DNA from: Thermodesulfobacteriota bacterium
GTDB lineage: Bacteria > Desulfobacterota > Desulfobulbia > Desulfobulbales > SURF-16
Reading direction: 5' to 3'
Length of the DNA stretch: 20,536 nucleotides
NCBI GenBank assembly: GCA_039715015.1
Contig: JBDLIE010000048.1
Coordinates: forward strand, 1-20,536
In this document: positions 17,421 through 20,536 of the stretch, piece by piece
Position numbering within the stretch: position 1 is the first letter of the stretch
Layout: each line of letters opens with the position of its first letter
Translations under genes and position numbers: made by a program
The notes under the pieces: model-generated
Told to the model about the DNA's origin: nothing
Databases searched by the model: none
The model's input: only the letters and a program-made list of their open reading frames with translations

Positions 17421-18780
17421 GAATCTCAAACCAAACTACATATCCACCACCAACGCCTGCAAGCTCTGCACCCCTCTTGGCGCAGCCCTCGCCTTTAAGG
17501 GCATTGAGGGCGCTGTTCCCTATTTGCACGGCTCCCAGGGCTGCGCCACCTATATGCGGCGCTATATCATCAGCCATTTTAACGAGCCCATTGATATTGC
17601 CTCGTCATCGCTCTCTGAGAAGCATGCGGTGTACGGCGGTGGCCCTAATCTCAAGCTTGGTCTGATGAATGTCACCAAGAAATATCAACCCAAACTCATC
17701 GGCATTGCCACCACTTGCCTTACCGAAACCATTGGTGATGATGTTCGCCTCTTCCTCCACGAGTATGACCGCGAGGTGGCGGGTGACAAACCGCTGATGG
17801 TTCAGGTTTCCACCCCCAGCTATAACGGCACCCATATGGAAGGCTTTCACGATGCCGTCGCCTCGGTGGTGGACACCCTGGCCGGCAAAGATGACAAGAA
17901 GCCCGACACTGGTGATACCATCAACATCCTGCCTGGTTTTGTATCGCCTGCTGATATCCGCTATCTCAAAGAGATTGTCGCTGATTATGGCCTGAATGCC
18001 ACTATTTTGCCTGATATCTCCGAGACCATGGATGGCACGGCTGCCAAGACCTATGAGAAGATCCAGTCTGGTGGCACCCCCCTTTCTGTCATCAAGGCCA
18101 TGGGCGACAGCCTGGCTTCCCTGGAATTTGGCCACACCATGGCCGAAGAGAGCGCTGGCGCCATCCTTAAAGAAAGATTTCAGGTGCCTCAGGAGCAGAT
18201 GCCACTACCTATGGGCATCACCGCCAGTGACCGATTTTTTCAGACCCTTGCCGAACTAAGCGGCCAGCCAACGCCCAGCAAACACGTTTTGGAGCGGGGA
18301 CGGCTAGTGGACAGCTATGTGGACGGCCATAAATACATCTATGGCAAGCGCGCCATTGTTTACGGCGAGGAAGATTTTGTTGTTGGCCTTTGTGCCTTTC
18401 TGGCCGAGATCGGTGTGATGCCGGTGCTCTGCGCTTCGGGCGGTAAGAGTGGCAAGCTCGCTGAGAAGATTAGCGAGGCCACAAGCGACATCCTGCCTGA
18501 GCAACCCCAGGTCTTTGAGGGTATGGACTTTTTCGATATCAGCGAGATGGCGGAGGAGCTAGCACCCGACCTATTGGTGGGCCACTCCAAGGGCTATCCC
18601 CTGGCTCGTAAGCTTGAGATCCCCATGATCCGGGTGGGTTTCCCCATTCACGACCGCATGGGCGGCCAGCGCATCCTCCACCTTGGTTACCGGGGGGCGC
18701 AGAGCCTCTTTGACATGGTGGTAAACGCCATGATCGCCAGGAAGCAGAGCGATTCGCCGATTGGCTATTCCTATATGTAA
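17413..18780 (+). CDS. nifN: FeMo-cofactor scaffold subunit NifN
   Basis: NACKLCTPLGA, HGSQGCATYMRRY, TTCLTETIGDD, GFPIHDR; 8-bp overlap with nifE. Confidence 0.95.
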   Translation: MTKNLKPNYISTTNACKLCTPLGAALAFKGIEGAVPYLHGSQGCATYMRRYIISHFNEPIDIASSSLSEKHAVYGGGPNLKLGLMNVTKKYQPKLIGIATTCLTETIGDDVRLFLHEYDREVAGDKPLMVQVSTPSYNGTHMEGFHDAVASVVDTLAGKDDKKPDTGDTINILPGFVSPADIRYLKEIVADYGLNATILPDISETMDGTAAKTYEKIQSGGTPLSVIKAMGDSLASLEFGHTMAEESAGAILKERFQVPQEQMPLPMGITASDRFFQTLAELSGQPTPSKHVLERGRLVDSYVDGHKYIYGKRAIVYGEEDFVVGLCAFLAEIGVMPVLCASGGKSGKLAEKISEATSDILPEQPQVFEGMDFFDISEMAEELAPDLLVGHSKGYPLARKLEIPMIRVGFPIHDRMGGQRILHLGYRGAQSLFDMVVNAMIARKQSDSPIGYSYM

Positions 18781-18816
18781 ACACAGGACTATTTAAATAT
18801 AAAAACGGAGCACACC

Positions 18817-20103
18817 ATGAAGACAATCAACACCATATCACCTGACCTGAGCCGCCATCCCTGTTTCAATGCCAAGGTAAAGGGCAAATTCGGACGGGTC
18901 CATCTGCCGGTAGCTCCCAAATGCAATATCAAATGTAATTATTGCAACCGTAAGTATGACTGTGTGAACGAATCACGCCCAGGTGTCACCTCCACCATCC
19001 TGTCACCTGAGCAGGCCGTAGTCTATATGGAAAAGGTGCTGATTGCCGAGCCGCGCATCAGTGTGGCCGGGATTGCCGGGCCTGGCGACCCTTTTGCCAA
19101 TGCCGATGAGACCTTGGGCACCATGCAACTCTTGCGTCGCAAATACCCTGATCTCATCCTCTGTCTATCCAGTAATGGCTTAGGAATAGCACCCCATGTG
19201 GACGAGGTGGCTGATATTGGTGTCTCCCATGTCACGGTGACCGTGAACGGTATTGATCCGCGGATCACCAGAAAGATCTACACCTTTGTCCGGGACGGCA
19301 ATATCGTCTACCGCGATATCCAGGCAGCTGAGCTTCTCCTGGCCCGCCAGATGAAGGCCATTGAGAAACTGAAGAGTCGCGGCGTCACGGTGAAGGTCAA
19401 TTTCATCACCATCCCCGGGGTCAACGATCACCATGCCGAAGAAACAGCCAAAGCCATGGCCTCTATGGGTGTTGATCTCTTTAATTGCATGGCCATGCTG
19501 CCCAACGCCGATACCCCCTTTGCAGATCTCGGCGAACCGGATAAACCCACCATGAATAAACTACGCAATAAATGTGAAGAATATCTGCCCCAGATGCGCC
19601 ATTGCAAGCGCTGCCGAGCCGATGCCGTGGGCCTGCTTGGCAAGGACCGCTCCGGCGAGATGGCCGGGTGTTTGAATGCCTGCTCTACCATGCCGGCTGC
19701 CACCTATAAACCGAGGCCTTATGTGGCGGTATCCAGCCTGGAGGGCATGCTGGTTAACCAGCATCTTGGTGAGACCACCAAGTTTTTGATCTATGGTCAT
19801 GAAGGAGAGGGTTATAGGCTCATTGAGGAACGCCCTGCACCCATTCCTGGTGGAGGTATTGGCCGCTGGCAGGCCTTGACCAGGCTTCTGCATGATTGCC
19901 GGGCCGTGCTGGTCAGTGATATGGGCGAGTCTCCGCGCCAGGTTTTTTCCGATGCCGGGATAAAGCCGGTGACCATGTCTGGCTTTATTGAGGTGGGGTT
20001 AAAGGCCGTTTATACGGGTGAGGGAATAAATACCATGAAGAGACGGGCGAAGAAGAGTTGCTCTGGTGGGAGCTGCCAGGGGACCGGGACTGGTTGCGGC
20101 TGA
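18817..20103 (+). CDS. nifB: Radical-SAM FeMo-cofactor biosynthesis protein NifB with C-terminal NifX-like domain
   Basis: HPCF, CNIKCNYC, ESRPG, AGPGD, TVTVN, HCKRCRADA, VNQHLG. Confidence 0.97.
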   Translation: MKTINTISPDLSRHPCFNAKVKGKFGRVHLPVAPKCNIKCNYCNRKYDCVNESRPGVTSTILSPEQAVVYMEKVLIAEPRISVAGIAGPGDPFANADETLGTMQLLRRKYPDLILCLSSNGLGIAPHVDEVADIGVSHVTVTVNGIDPRITRKIYTFVRDGNIVYRDIQAAELLLARQMKAIEKLKSRGVTVKVNFITIPGVNDHHAEETAKAMASMGVDLFNCMAMLPNADTPFADLGEPDKPTMNKLRNKCEEYLPQMRHCKRCRADAVGLLGKDRSGEMAGCLNACSTMPAATYKPRPYVAVSSLEGMLVNQHLGETTKFLIYGHEGEGYRLIEERPAPIPGGGIGRWQALTRLLHDCRAVLVSDMGESPRQVFSDAGIKPVTMSGFIEVGLKAVYTGEGINTMKRRAKKSCSGGSCQGTGTGCG

Positions 20104-20155
20104 GAATCCCTTTGTTTCTTTACACCCTTTCGCGGTTGCATGCCCACAGAGAAGA

Positions 20156-20187
20156 TAACCAACAACGACCAGAGAGCGACCAGAAAC
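20156..20187. repeat. Short direct repeats, putative arm-type sites
   Basis: TAACCAACAA / CGACCAGAGAG / CGACCAGAAAC; same position relative to the terminator and tRNA fragment as the repeats at the left end. Confidence 0.45.
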
Positions 20188-20225
20188 AAAAAAAGGGTTT
20201 GTAGCCAAAAAGCTACAAACCCTTT
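20188..20225 (-). terminator. Rho-independent terminator downstream of the tRNA-Phe fragment (may also serve nifB)
   Basis: Perfect 14-bp inverted repeat AAAGGGTTTGTAGC (20192-20205) / GCTACAAACCCTTT (20212-20225) with an adjoining A-run. Confidence 0.82.
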
Positions 20226-20232
20226 AATGTCT

Positions 20233-20288
20233 TGGTGCCGGGACCAGGAATCGAACCAGGGACACACGGATTTTCAGTCTGTTACTCT
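20233..20288 (-). mobile_element. 3' portion of tRNA-Phe(GAA): att-site remnant/pseudo-tRNA
   Basis: Minus strand AGAGTA ACAGA CTGAAAA TCCGT GTGTC CCTGG TTCGATT CCTGG TCCCGGC ACCA: GAA anticodon, T-loop and CCA end. There is an A-C mismatch in the anticodon stem, and no 5' acceptor strand (GCCGGGA) upstream. Confidence 0.87.
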
Positions 20289-20536
20289 CGAACATATTCA
20301 ATGTTCACGTTACTCTTTAGCCATAAAACATTTTTCCCCGATGCAACCTGTTTTTCGGTGCCAAAACAGTCTAGCTGGGCCCGTTATGTGGGTACCTTAA
20401 ATGTTAACTTTATCGATGGGTTTTAATGGCCATAGAAGTAGTCCTTGGTATGCACCGGACAACAATCACAATATTAATTCAGGGTTAATTTAATTAACTT
20501 TTCAAAATGAATATTGATAACTCTGTTATGCGTTAA

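Noticed and set aside
20101..20140. Selenocysteine readthrough at the nifB TGA after the Cys-rich tail
   Set aside because: No convincing SECIS-like hairpin follows, the protein is already complete, and the downstream sequence is island-border DNA.
20290..20306. GAACAT-N5-ATGTTC palindrome as a LexA or other operator
   Set aside because: Only a 6-bp arm, spacing does not fit the GAAC-N4-GTTC box, and no associated gene is visible.
20233..20310. Intact tRNA-Phe gene
   Set aside because: No GCCGGGA 5' acceptor strand or D-loop upstream, and the anticodon stem has a mismatch.

Overview
This window holds a near-complete, self-contained molybdenum-nitrogenase (nif) cluster of the anaerobe (group II / nifH cluster III) type, probably from a sulfate-reducer-like deltaproteobacterium (taxonomy inferred from gene content). 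Gene order: nifV(+) | modC-modB-modA-nifA(-) | nifH-nifI1-nifI2-nifD-nifK-[Cys-less NifB paralogue, 2Fe-2S ferredoxin, hypothetical, GNAT, HEPN-like, Nif11-like](+) | nifE-nifN-nifB(+). Four sigma54 -24/-12 promoters and three exact TGT-N10-ACA NifA sites can be read directly. The cluster is bracketed by two different truncated tRNA 3' fragments (Leu-CAA at 830-884, Phe-GAA at 20233-20288). Each is followed by a terminator and short direct repeats, and the left one leads into a tyrosine integrase broken by one in-frame TAG, so the nif region looks like cargo of an integrative element. Four spacers of the nifH operon each carry a different palindromic repeat element. The most interesting items are the island architecture and the six-gene accessory module between nifK and nifE.
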